A stretch of DNA of 64,000 bases from Alphaproteobacteria bacterium (lineage in GTDB: Bacteria > Pseudomonadota > Alphaproteobacteria > JAAXGF01): the NCBI GenBank assembly GCA_963555825.3, contig CAUVXB020000002.1, forward strand, positions 3,040,001-3,104,000, in the 5' to 3' direction. The notes under the pieces were generated by a model. It had not been told where the DNA came from, did no database searches, and was given only the letters and a program-made list of their open reading frames with translations. The position numbers and the translations under genes are program-made. How positions within the stretch are numbered: position 1 is the stretch's first letter; every line of letters begins with the position of its first letter. This document shows, in pieces, positions 50,321-59,943 of this stretch.

Positions 50321-51975
50321 GGGTGCGGGTCTGGTATGGAAAATCGAAGTCATTGATTTAGTGCGATTTTGGTGTCGAGACGGACGGCCGAAATCGGCTA
50401 TTCGTGACAATGGGCCGCTCCAAGGCAGGATTTTGTCACGACGGCAGGGTCGAGCAGGGGAAGGTGGGAACGCTCCGCACCGCCAGAAGCGCTACGATGC
50501 CGTGTCTTGAAACCCAACATCGGGAGCATTCCCATGGCAGTATCCCCGCCTCCGGCGCCTTCGTCCATCGATCTTTCCGGCCTGCCTCCTCGGGTCGTCG
50601 AGGCGGCCGCCCGGGTGCTCGCACTGTGTCGCGAGGAGCTTCGTTCCGAGCCGCGCCCCGAGGCGCCCGAGGAGGTCGAGTTGCGGGTGCGTGAGGCCAC
50701 GAACGAGTTCGCTCGCGATGTCATGGGCGCCGTCATCGAGAACCGGGACGATGGCGCTTCCCGGATCGAGCGGGACGGGCAGAGCTGGTTCCGGGTCGCG
50801 GTGACGCCGAAGACGATCATGACCTCGCTCGGTCCGGTGACCTACCGGCGAGCGCGTTACCGCAGCGGCGCGAGCGGGGCATCGCCGGTGCCGGTCGACG
50901 AGAGCCTGGGCCTCGTCGACGATTACCTGACGCGGCCGGCGGCCGAGCTCGGTCTGCTGATGATGGGTCACTGCACGGCCCGGGAAGCGGCGGCGTTCTT
51001 TGCGAAGACCGGCGCCATGACGCCGTCGGTGAGCACCCTGCAGCGCCTGACCCTGAGCATGCACGAATGCTGGGAGAGCCTCGGCCCGGAGACGCTGGGC
51101 AGCATCCGTGAGGCCGAGGGCATACCGCAGGACGCGACCACCGCCTCGGTCTCCCTCGACGGCGTCATGGTGCCGCTGAGACCCGGCGAGGACGGTCGCG
51201 CCAAGGCCTCCTGGCGCGAGGCTGCCTGCGGCACGGTCTCCTTCCACGACGCCGAGGGCAAGCGCCTGAAGACCCTCTATCTCGGCCGCATGCCGGAGAG
51301 CGGCAAGCTCACGCTGAAGGCGCAGCTTGCAAGCGAAGTCGCACACATCAGGCGAGCACGCCCCGAGATCGGGATCGTCGCTATCGCCGATGGCGCCGCC
51401 GACAACTGGACCTTCCTGGAGACCCTGTCGCCCGAAACCGAGGTGATCGACTTCTGGCATGCTTGCGAACATCTGCAAACCGCGTCCGACCATGCCGTGG
51501 CGCCCGGCTGGTTCGAGAAGTACCGCGAGATCCTCCGTCACGATCCCCGTGGCGTCGCCAAGGTGATCCGGGCGCTGCGCCACCTTCGCGATGCCGCCGC
51601 TGCGCCGGACCGGGCCGAGACCGAGCGGGAACTCGCCTTCTTCCGCAAGCATCGCCATCGCATGCGCTACCACGCCCTGAAGGAAGAGGGCATCGCCATC
51701 GGCTCAGGCGTGGTCGAAGCTGCCAACAAGACCCTGGTGACACAGCGCATGAAGCGCTCCGGCATGCGCTGGCGGATCGTCGGCGGACAGGCTGTTCTGA
51801 CCTTCCGCGCCCTGATCAAATCCGGCCGCTTCGAGCGGGCATGGAAGGCCCTGATCAGCGCAACCGACACACCGGCCAACGACAACATCAGTCCACGTGC
51901 AGCAGCCATGGCAATCGCTGCCTGAACTCAACGAACCAAGCCCCCAGACATCACTGCCATGCGAGACTCGCACCC
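50321..51975 (+). mobile_element. Insertion sequence copy 2 (ISKra4/ISLre2-like), 1655 bp
   Basis: TIRs GGGTGCGGGTCTGGTATGG / GGGTGCGAGTCTCGCATGG (16/19); TSD TGTCCATC at 50313-50320 and 51976-51983. Confidence 0.95.
50534..51925 (+). CDS. DDE transposase, protein identical to copy 1
   Basis: Same 463-aa sequence as 30118..31509. Confidence 0.92.
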   Translation: MAVSPPPAPSSIDLSGLPPRVVEAAARVLALCREELRSEPRPEAPEEVELRVREATNEFARDVMGAVIENRDDGASRIERDGQSWFRVAVTPKTIMTSLGPVTYRRARYRSGASGASPVPVDESLGLVDDYLTRPAAELGLLMMGHCTAREAAAFFAKTGAMTPSVSTLQRLTLSMHECWESLGPETLGSIREAEGIPQDATTASVSLDGVMVPLRPGEDGRAKASWREAACGTVSFHDAEGKRLKTLYLGRMPESGKLTLKAQLASEVAHIRRARPEIGIVAIADGAADNWTFLETLSPETEVIDFWHACEHLQTASDHAVAPGWFEKYREILRHDPRGVAKVIRALRHLRDAAAAPDRAETERELAFFRKHRHRMRYHALKEEGIAIGSGVVEAANKTLVTQRMKRSGMRWRIVGGQAVLTFRALIKSGRFERAWKALISATDTPANDNISPRAAAMAIAA

Positions 51976-52518
51976 TGTCCATCAGCGATATCATCGTGTC
52001 GGCGTTTTCCTCGCCGGGGATGCCGAAGATGTGGCTGACGCCTTCGTTCTCGAGGCAGCGGACGAACAGATCGGACGCTTTCACGGTATTACCTCCCCCA
52101 ATTGGATTCTTGATGTTATCGTTACGCTACCGTCCAGTATCGAAGCGGCGACGACCGCCGTCAACCGCCAAAAGCGGCGAGGGCGCCGTTGTTGACGCTC
52201 CTTTGAGCCAGACGTAGGATGACGGCCGATTCCCGGTTGCGTTGTTGCGTCGGGAATTTACGCCGCCGTCAAGCCGGGCGCCGAGACCTTGGCGCGGCGG
52301 CAATCGAGTAAGCAGCCAACGGGAGGCGAAATCGAGGTATGCGAACCGTGGCGTGGCGTTCCGCGCGAACGCCGCCTCGGCATGCCATCATTGAAAACAG
52401 CTTGAGAAAGCCCGCCGACGTGGCCTAAATCGATTGTTGGGACACTCGAGGGCTAAGCAGGCCGGAATTGCATCAGTTCAACCGGCCGTAACTCGTCACG
52501 TAAGGGAGGATTAGGTTA

Positions 52519-54138
52519 ATGTTGAAACCCAAATTGATTGGCTCCGCCGCAGCGGTCCTCGCGACCATGTTTCTGGCCGGCCAGGCCAGCGCGTTCGAGG
52601 GTGACAGCGTATCGGCGGCCGACTGCGAATACGGCGGCTAGGTCAAGTCGATCGAGGCGACCGACCGCCTGACCGTCAAGTTCACGCTGTGCGATCCGGA
52701 CCCGGCGTTCGAGGCCAAGGTGGCGTTCACGCCGTTCGGCGTTCAGCCGGCCGAGCATATCGCCGCGACCGGCGGCGGCGGCGCGATCCTCGACCACCCG
52801 ATCGGCACCGGCCCCTGGAAGCTCGAGAAGTGGTCGCGCGGCGACAGCATCATCTTCAAGCGCTTCGACGGCTATTGGGGCGACAAGCCGTCGTTCGAGA
52901 CGCTTGTCATCCGCTGGGCGGAATCGGGTGCTGGCCGGCTCATCGAGCTGCGCGCCGGCACGGTCGACCAGATCACGAACCCGAGCCCCGACGATTACGA
53001 TTCGATAAAGGAAGATCCGGACCTGACGTTCATCCCGGTGACCAATCCCAACATCCTGTATCTGGCGATGACGAACACCTTCAAGCCGTTCGACGACGTC
53101 AGGGTGCGCAAGGCGGTGGCCATGGGCATCGACCGCAAGCGCATCGTCGACAACTTCTTCGCCACCGGTTCGCAGGTCCCGACGCACTTTACGCCGTGCT
53201 CGATCGACAACGGCTGCGAGGGCGAGGCGTGGTACGACTTCGATCTTGCCAAGGCGAAGGCGCTGCTGGCCGAAGCCGGTCATCCGAACGGCTTCAAGAC
53301 CAAGATCTTCTTTCGCGACGTGTTCCGCGGCTATCTGCCGGAGCCGGGCCTCGTCGCGGTCGAGTTCCAGACCCAGCTGCGCGACAATCTCGGCATCGAG
53401 GCCGAGGTCGTCGTCATGGAGTCGGGTCAGTTCATCGACGAATCGACCAACGGTCGGCTGGACGGCTTCTACCTCCTCGGCTGGGGCGCCGACTATCCGC
53501 ACGTGACGAACTTCCTGGACTTCCACTTCTCCAAGAACAACCCGCAATACGGCACGACGCACCCCGAGATCTACGAGATTCTCCAGGAGGCGTCGACGAT
53601 CGCCGATCTGGACAAGGCCGCGCCGCTTTACGCGAAGGCCAACAACGCCATCAAGGCAATCGTGCCGATGGTTCCGATCGCCAACGGCGCGTCCGCGTCG
53701 GCCGCGTTGAAGAGCGTCAAGAACGCGCATTTCCGCCCGTTCGGCGCGCCACTCTTCCACAAGGCGGACCCCGGCAAGGACACCTTCGTGTTCATGCAGA
53801 ACGCCGAGCCGATCAGCATGTATTGTGCCGACGAGACCGACGGCGAGTCGCTCTCGGTGTGCCAGCAGGTGGTCGAGCCGCTGCTCGGTTACGCCATCGA
53901 TTCGGGTGCTACCGAGCCCCGGGTCGCCACCAGTTGCACGGCCAACGACGATGCCAGCATCTGGGTCTGCGAACTGCGTGACGGTGTGAAGTTCCACGAC
54001 GGCTCGGACCTCGACGCCAACGACGTGATCGCGTCGTGGGCCGCCGGGATCGACGCCAAGAACCCCAACCACAAAGGCAACACGGGCGCCTTCGAGTACT
54101 ACACGTACCTGTGGGACAGCCTGATCAACGCCGAGTAA
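52519..54138 (+). CDS. Circularly permuted DppA-like family-5 binding protein with in-frame TAG at codon 41 (possible pseudogene)
   Basis: SD GGAGG, signal peptide MLKPKLIG...AGQASA, TAG at 52639-52641 in frame with ORF 52720..54138; PIGTGPW, FDDVRVRKA; LRDGVKFHDG motif near the C-terminus. Confidence 0.85.
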
Positions 54139-54167
54139 CCGGGCGCCAACGACCCGGAAACAGTAAG

Positions 54168-54204
54168 GGACGCGCGGTGCAACGGCACCGCGCGTTCCAT
54201 TTTT
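54168..54204 (+). terminator. Stem-loop after binding-protein gene
   Basis: GGGACGCGCGGTGC/GCACCGCGCGTTCC followed by ATTTTT. Confidence 0.55.
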
Positions 54205-54233
54205 CAGCTACCTACGGAAAGTAATCTCCGCCG

Positions 54234-55313
54234 ATGCTTGGATACATCGCCCGGCGCGTTCTGATGTCGATCCCCGTGCTGTTCGGCATCCTGCTGGTCA
54301 CCTTCGTGCTGGCAAGGGCTATCCCAGGCGACCCGTGCAAGGCGATCCTGGGCGAGAAGGCGACCAAGGAGGTCTGTGAGCGGTTCACCCGCGAGCACGG
54401 CTTCGACAAGCCGGTCTACGTCCAGTTCGGCTATTACATCGGCGACGTCATGCAGGGCAACTTCGGCACGTCGATCCGCTTCAGCCGGCCGGTCACCCAG
54501 ATCCTCGTCGAGCGCCTGCCGATGACCATCGAGCTGGCGGTCGGCGGCCTGATCGTCGCCGTCCTGGTCGGCGTGACGCTCGGCATCGTCTCGGCGATGC
54601 GCCACAACACCGGCGTCGACGTCGCCACCATGATCGTGGCCAATATCGGCATATCCATGCCCGTTTTCTGGCTTGGGCTCATGCTCGCCTACCTGTTTGC
54701 ATTGGTCTTCAAAGGCACGCCCTTTTGGCTGCCGCCGTCGGGCCGGCTGACCGCCGGCCTCACCTCGGTGCCGTTCTTCGAGGTCTGGCAATGGCAGGTG
54801 GTGGCCGGCACGGCCAAGGCCAAGCTCCTCGAGTTCGTCGCCAACCACTTCCTGTTCAACTCGCTGATCACCGGCGACTGGGTGGTGCTGAAGGACGCCG
54901 CGCGCCACTTGGTGCTGCCGGTCATCGCGCTCTCGACCATCCCGATGGCGATCATCGCGCGCATGACTCGCTCGAGCTTGCTCGAGGTGCTCGGGCGCGA
55001 TTACGTGCGAACGGCGCACGCCAAAGGCGTCATCGAGCGCCAAGTGGTGTTCAACCACGCGCTGCGCAATGCGCTGCTTCCCGTGGTGACGATCCTCGGG
55101 CTGCAGATGGGCGCACTGCTCGGCGGCGCGGTGCTGACCGAGACGGTGTTCGGGCTGGCCGGCGTCGGGCGCATGCTGTTCGAGGCGATCACCGCGCGCG
55201 ACTACCCGATCATCCAGGCGTTCACCGTGGTCATCGCGGTCTCTTACATGGTGATCAATTTGATCGTCGACGTGTCGTACGGTTTCCTCGACCCCAGGAT
55301 CAGACTCAAATGA
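54234..55313 (+). CDS. Peptide ABC permease (DppB-like)
   Basis: IPGDP, GNFGTS, MPVFWLGL, RMTRSSLLEV...DYVRTAHAKG, LDPRI. Confidence 0.93.
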   Translation: MLGYIARRVLMSIPVLFGILLVTFVLARAIPGDPCKAILGEKATKEVCERFTREHGFDKPVYVQFGYYIGDVMQGNFGTSIRFSRPVTQILVERLPMTIELAVGGLIVAVLVGVTLGIVSAMRHNTGVDVATMIVANIGISMPVFWLGLMLAYLFALVFKGTPFWLPPSGRLTAGLTSVPFFEVWQWQVVAGTAKAKLLEFVANHFLFNSLITGDWVVLKDAARHLVLPVIALSTIPMAIIARMTRSSLLEVLGRDYVRTAHAKGVIERQVVFNHALRNALLPVVTILGLQMGALLGGAVLTETVFGLAGVGRMLFEAITARDYPIIQAFTVVIAVSYMVINLIVDVSYGFLDPRIRLK

Positions 55314-56269
55314 CTTTTACCTCGCTCAAGGGCACCGCCGCGGCCTTCGCCGAGCCGATGGACGAGGAGCAGTTGCTCGGCAGTCCGACGGCGCTCTGGA
55401 AGACCGCGCTGAAGCGGCTGTTCCGCCGCAAGACCGGCATCGTCGGCATGATCCTGGTCGGCATGATGGCGTTCACCGCGATCGCCGCGCCGCTGCTCGC
55501 GCCCTACGACCCGCATCAGGTGCTGATCGGCCTCGAGAAGGTCAAGAAGCGCGAGGCGCCCTGCATCCACGCGTTGGGCTGCGACGTGGCCAAACCGCAG
55601 CACATCATGGGCGTCGACGGCAATTTCCGCGACCAGTTCAGTCGGGTCATCTACGGCGCGCGGTGGAGCCTCTCGATCGGCTTCACGACGGTCGCCTTCG
55701 CGCTGACCTGCGGCGTCATCCTGGGCGCCATCGCGGCCTATTGGGGCGGCTGGATCGACAATCTGATCATGCGCGTGATGGACGTCATTTTAGGCTTCCC
55801 GGCGTTGCTGCTGGCGATCGCGATCGTCGCCGTGCTCGGGCCCGGCCTGGAGAACGCGTTGCTTGCGATATCTATCGTCACATTGCCGGCCTATGCCCGC
55901 GTCATGCGGGCCAGCGTGTTGTCGATCAAGGAGCTCGACTACGTCGCCGCGTCGCGCGCCATCGGCGCCAGCCACATGCGCATCCTGGTGGTGCGCATCC
56001 TGCCCAACGCGATGACGCCGATCGTCGTCCTCTCGACGCTCGGCATCGCCAGCGCCATCCTCGACGCCGCTGGATTGTCGTTCCTCGGCCTCGGCGCCCA
56101 GCCGCCGACGCCCGAGTGGGGCACCATGCTCGGCTCCGAACGCAACCAGGTGTTCTCGGCGCCGCATCTGGTGTTCTTTCCCGGCTTCGCGATCATGATC
56201 ACGGTGCTCGGTTTCAACCTGTTGGGCGACGGCATGCGCGATGCGCTCGACCCCAGGCTGAACGATTGA
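55310..56269 (+). CDS. Peptide ABC permease (DppC-like)
   Basis: [47 protein letters not shown]. Confidence 0.93.
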   Translation: MTFTSLKGTAAAFAEPMDEEQLLGSPTALWKTALKRLFRRKTGIVGMILVGMMAFTAIAAPLLAPYDPHQVLIGLEKVKKREAPCIHALGCDVAKPQHIMGVDGNFRDQFSRVIYGARWSLSIGFTTVAFALTCGVILGAIAAYWGGWIDNLIMRVMDVILGFPALLLAIAIVAVLGPGLENALLAISIVTLPAYARVMRASVLSIKELDYVAASRAIGASHMRILVVRILPNAMTPIVVLSTLGIASAILDAAGLSFLGLGAQPPTPEWGTMLGSERNQVFSAPHLVFFPGFAIMITVLGFNLLGDGMRDALDPRLND

Positions 56270-57272
56270 TGGCCGTCGCGCCCGGCAACCGCGAGCGGCT
56301 GCTCGAGGTGCGCAACCTGCGCACCTGGTTCCACACCCGCAACGGTGTCGCCAAGGCGGTCGACGGCATCGATTTCTCGGTCGGCAAGGGCGAGGTGCTG
56401 TGCATCGTCGGCGAATCGGGCTGCGGCAAGAGCGTCACCGCGCTCTCGGCCATGCGTCTGGTGCCGCCGCCGGGCCGAATTGAGACCGGCGAAGTGCTGT
56501 TCGAGGGGCGTGACCTGCTGGCGCTCTCGAAGGCCGAGATGACCGAATTGCGCGGCGAGAACATCTCGATGATCTTCCAGGACCCGACCTCGTCGCTCAA
56601 TCCGGTGTTCCAGGTCGGTTTGCAGATTTCCGAGGTCTACGAAATCCACCGCGGCATGAAGCGCAAGGCGGGCTTCGAGCGCGCCGTCGACATGCTCGAG
56701 CGGGTCGGCATCCCCGATCCCGCAAGCCGCGCCACCGCCTATCCGCACGAGATGTCGGGCGGCATGGCGCAGCGCGTCATGATCGCCATGGCGCTCGCCT
56801 GCGAGCCGCAGCTGCTGATCGCCGACGAGCCGACCACGGCGCTCGACGTCACCATTCAGGCGCAGATCCTCGACCTGATGCGCGTCCTGCAGAGCGAGTC
56901 GTCGATGGCGACGGTGCTGATCACCCACGACCTCGGCGTGGTCGCCGAGATGGCCGACCGGGTCGCCGTGATGTACGCCGGCGAGATCGTCGAGGAGACC
57001 GATGTCAAGACCCTGTTCCTCGAACCCAAGCACCCCTACACCCAGGCGCTGATCGGCTCGATCCCGGTGTTGGGCGAGGTGCGCGACGAGCTCGCGGTGA
57101 TTTCCGGCACGGTGCCCAACCTGGTCAACCTACCGGTCGGCTGCCGCTTCGCGGCGCGCTGCCGGGCGCGCGTCGAGCACGCACTGGAAATCTGCACCGA
57201 GCAGTCGCCCGACCTCCTCGATGTCGGCGCCGATCACAAGGTGCGCTGCTGGCTGCACCGCGGGGATGCGTC

Positions 57273-57276
<4 letters not shown>
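56269..57276 (+). CDS. Peptide ABC ATPase (DppD-like)
   Basis: [47 protein letters not shown]. Confidence 0.94.
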
Positions 57277-58280
<1,004 letters not shown>

Positions 58281-58286
58281 GCCATT

Positions 58287-58331
58287 AAATATATACTGCT
58301 TACGTTTATAAAACGTAAGCAGTATATATTT
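58287..58331. repeat. AT-rich perfect palindrome, 21-bp arms
   Basis: AAATATATACTGCTTACGTTT-ATA-AAACGTAAGCAGTATATATTT. Confidence 0.9.
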
Positions 58332-58348
58332 TTTCGTCGTTGACGGCG

Positions 58349-58723
58349 CTAGAGCCGGGCCTTGCGGTAGGTCCGCTTGGCGGCGATCTTGCCGTCGCGC
58401 AAGGTCAGCAGATCGACGATATCGGTCTCGAAGCGCGCGCCGCCGACCGGCGTGCCGGATTGGACCTGTTCGATCACCGCGAAGGTTTGCGTGACGTGAT
58501 GGCGGATCGGCGCGAAGGCGACATCGGGGACGCGTTCGAAGACAGATGCCGCGAGCCGCGTCGCGGCATCCTTGCCGACGGCGCGCTCGCCATGCGCCTC
58601 GGGGCCGAACGACGCCTCGAAGACCGCGTCTTCGGTGAACATCTCGGCGATGCCCTCGACGTCGTGGTTCTGCCAGACCTCGGCGAATCGGCGCAGGAAT
58701 GCGTCGGCGTCGAATTCGGCCAT
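58349..58723 (-). CDS. SnoaL-like / NTF2-fold protein
   Basis: F...W..HD......FTEDAVF, D..TLRDGKI..K.TY; SD AGGAG. Confidence 0.85.
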   Translation of the reverse strand: MAEFDADAFLRRFAEVWQNHDVEGIAEMFTEDAVFEASFGPEAHGERAVGKDAATRLAASVFERVPDVAFAPIRHHVTQTFAVIEQVQSGTPVGGARFETDIVDLLTLRDGKIAAKRTYRKARL

Positions 58724-58743
58724 GTCGGTCTCCTTTCTTTGTG

Positions 58744-58891
58744 CGGTCATCTTTGGCTCACCCAAAGGTGACCTGCGCTCAATCGCCGCGCTAGCTTCCG
58801 CCGAACGGTCGGCGGCCCCCCTCTTGTCCCAATAAGACTGGCGCAGGCCGGTAGAGTCTGACCGGGTCCGATCGATCGGATAATCCTCTAG
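58744..58891 (-). repeat. MITE-like structured dispersed repeat, copy C
   Basis: Starts CTAGAGGATTATCCGATCGATCGGA like copy A; core 74/78 identical to copy B. Confidence 0.8.
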
Positions 58892-59943
58892 TTCTCGACG
58901 AATGCCCTGGCCGCGTCGAGTGCGTCGGGGAAATGCGCCTCGATGCCGGCCAGCGCGCGCTCGATCAGCACGACGTCCTCGGCGAACTTGCCGGCCTGCA
59001 CGGCCATGCGCAGGATCGCGAAGTCATCGGGCACGGCCGCGACCACGTCGCGCAGGATGGCGGCTTCCTCGTCCCAAAGATCGTCACGGTGCAGCGTGAC
59101 GGCGAGGCCGATCGCGGAATTCAGGCTGTTGGGGTCGATCGCCAGCGCCGCGCGGAACAGCGCGGCCGATGTGACGTATCGCCCGGCCTCGCCGAACGTC
59201 CGGCCGGCGTTTTCGATGAGTTGGCGGTTGCCGCTCGCCCGGCAGACCGTGTCGAGCGCGTCGAGCACGGCGCCCTCAAGGCCTTCGATACAGTCGCGGT
59301 AGGCGCGGCCGAGCGCGGCGCTGGCATCGGCATGCTCGGGCCCGCTCATGGCGCGCAATTCGGCCAGCCGCGCGGCCGGGATGGCGTCGTTACGGCCCTC
59401 GCCGCCGCCGGTGATGATGGCGACCAGCCGGCCGTCTTCGTCGAACAGGCCGCCACCCGAGTTGCCCGGCTGGCTGTACGCCGAATGGTGCAACCGCGCG
59501 AGCGGCTTGCCCGCCGCCGGCGGCGCCACCATCGCACCCGGCGCATAGACCCGGATCGTCCCGTCCAGCTCGTCGGCGCCGACCGCGTAGAGCGCGCCGG
59601 CGCGCGCCTCGTCGAGCATCGCCGCGATGCCGCCCAGGCCGGGCGCCGAAACCAGCACGAGATCGCCCGCGAAGATGGTCGGCACGACCGTCCCGGCGAG
59701 CGCCGCCCCGTCCTTGCCGTGAACGACGACGCGCGTCTGGTCGGCGACGACGTGGCGATTGGTGACCAGCAGGTCCGGCGCGACCAGCACGGCGCTCGCC
59801 AGCGGGTCGAACGACGAGATCGCGTAGACCGTGCCACGGGCGGCACAGACGGGGTCAGGGGCGTCGCAGGCCGCCTCGGCGTGTGCGGTCCCGTCGAATA
59901 GGAGAAGAAGGGCTGCCGCCGCGAACAGCCGGCGCGCCAACAC
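58888..59943 (-). CDS. Exported trypsin-like serine protease with TPR-like C-terminus
   Basis: TNRHVV (His), DLVLV (Asp), PGNSGGGL (Ser); signal peptide; helical C-terminus. Confidence 0.85.
   Translation of the reverse strand: MLARRLFAAAALLLLFDGTAHAEAACDAPDPVCAARGTVYAISSFDPLASAVLVAPDLLVTNRHVVADQTRVVVHGKDGAALAGTVVPTIFAGDLVLVSAPGLGGIAAMLDEARAGALYAVGADELDGTIRVYAPGAMVAPPAAGKPLARLHHSAYSQPGNSGGGLFDEDGRLVAIITGGGEGRNDAIPAARLAELRAMSGPEHADASAALGRAYRDCIEGLEGAVLDALDTVCRASGNRQLIENAGRTFGEAGRYVTSAALFRAALAIDPNSLNSAIGLAVTLHRDDLWDEEAAILRDVVAAVPDDFAILRMAVQAGKFAEDVVLIERALAGIEAHFPDALDAARAFVEN

Larger units (their letters stand above)
48763..52084 (-). pseudogene. Acetolactate synthase large subunit, interrupted by IS copy 2
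   Basis: 5' piece 51976-52084 (MKASDLFV...FGIPGEEN...SLMD) joins in frame to MDSHIRFILCRHEQAAAF...GDAGFLMN once the IS and one TSD are removed. Confidence 0.92.

Noticed and set aside
30069-51975. Composite transposon or IS-mediated inversion between the two inverted IS copies
   Set aside because: Each copy has its own matching 8-bp TSD (GATCAGAC; TGTCCATC), showing independent insertions without rearrangement
58287-58331. LexA box within the AT-rich palindrome
   Set aside because: CTG-CAG spacing is far longer than N10, it does not match the alphaproteobacterial GTTC-N7-GTTC box, and it lies between gene 3' ends
58744-58891. Three-copy repeat as a riboswitch
   Set aside because: Only copy C is sense-upstream of a gene; A is antisense to its downstream gene and B lies between convergent genes
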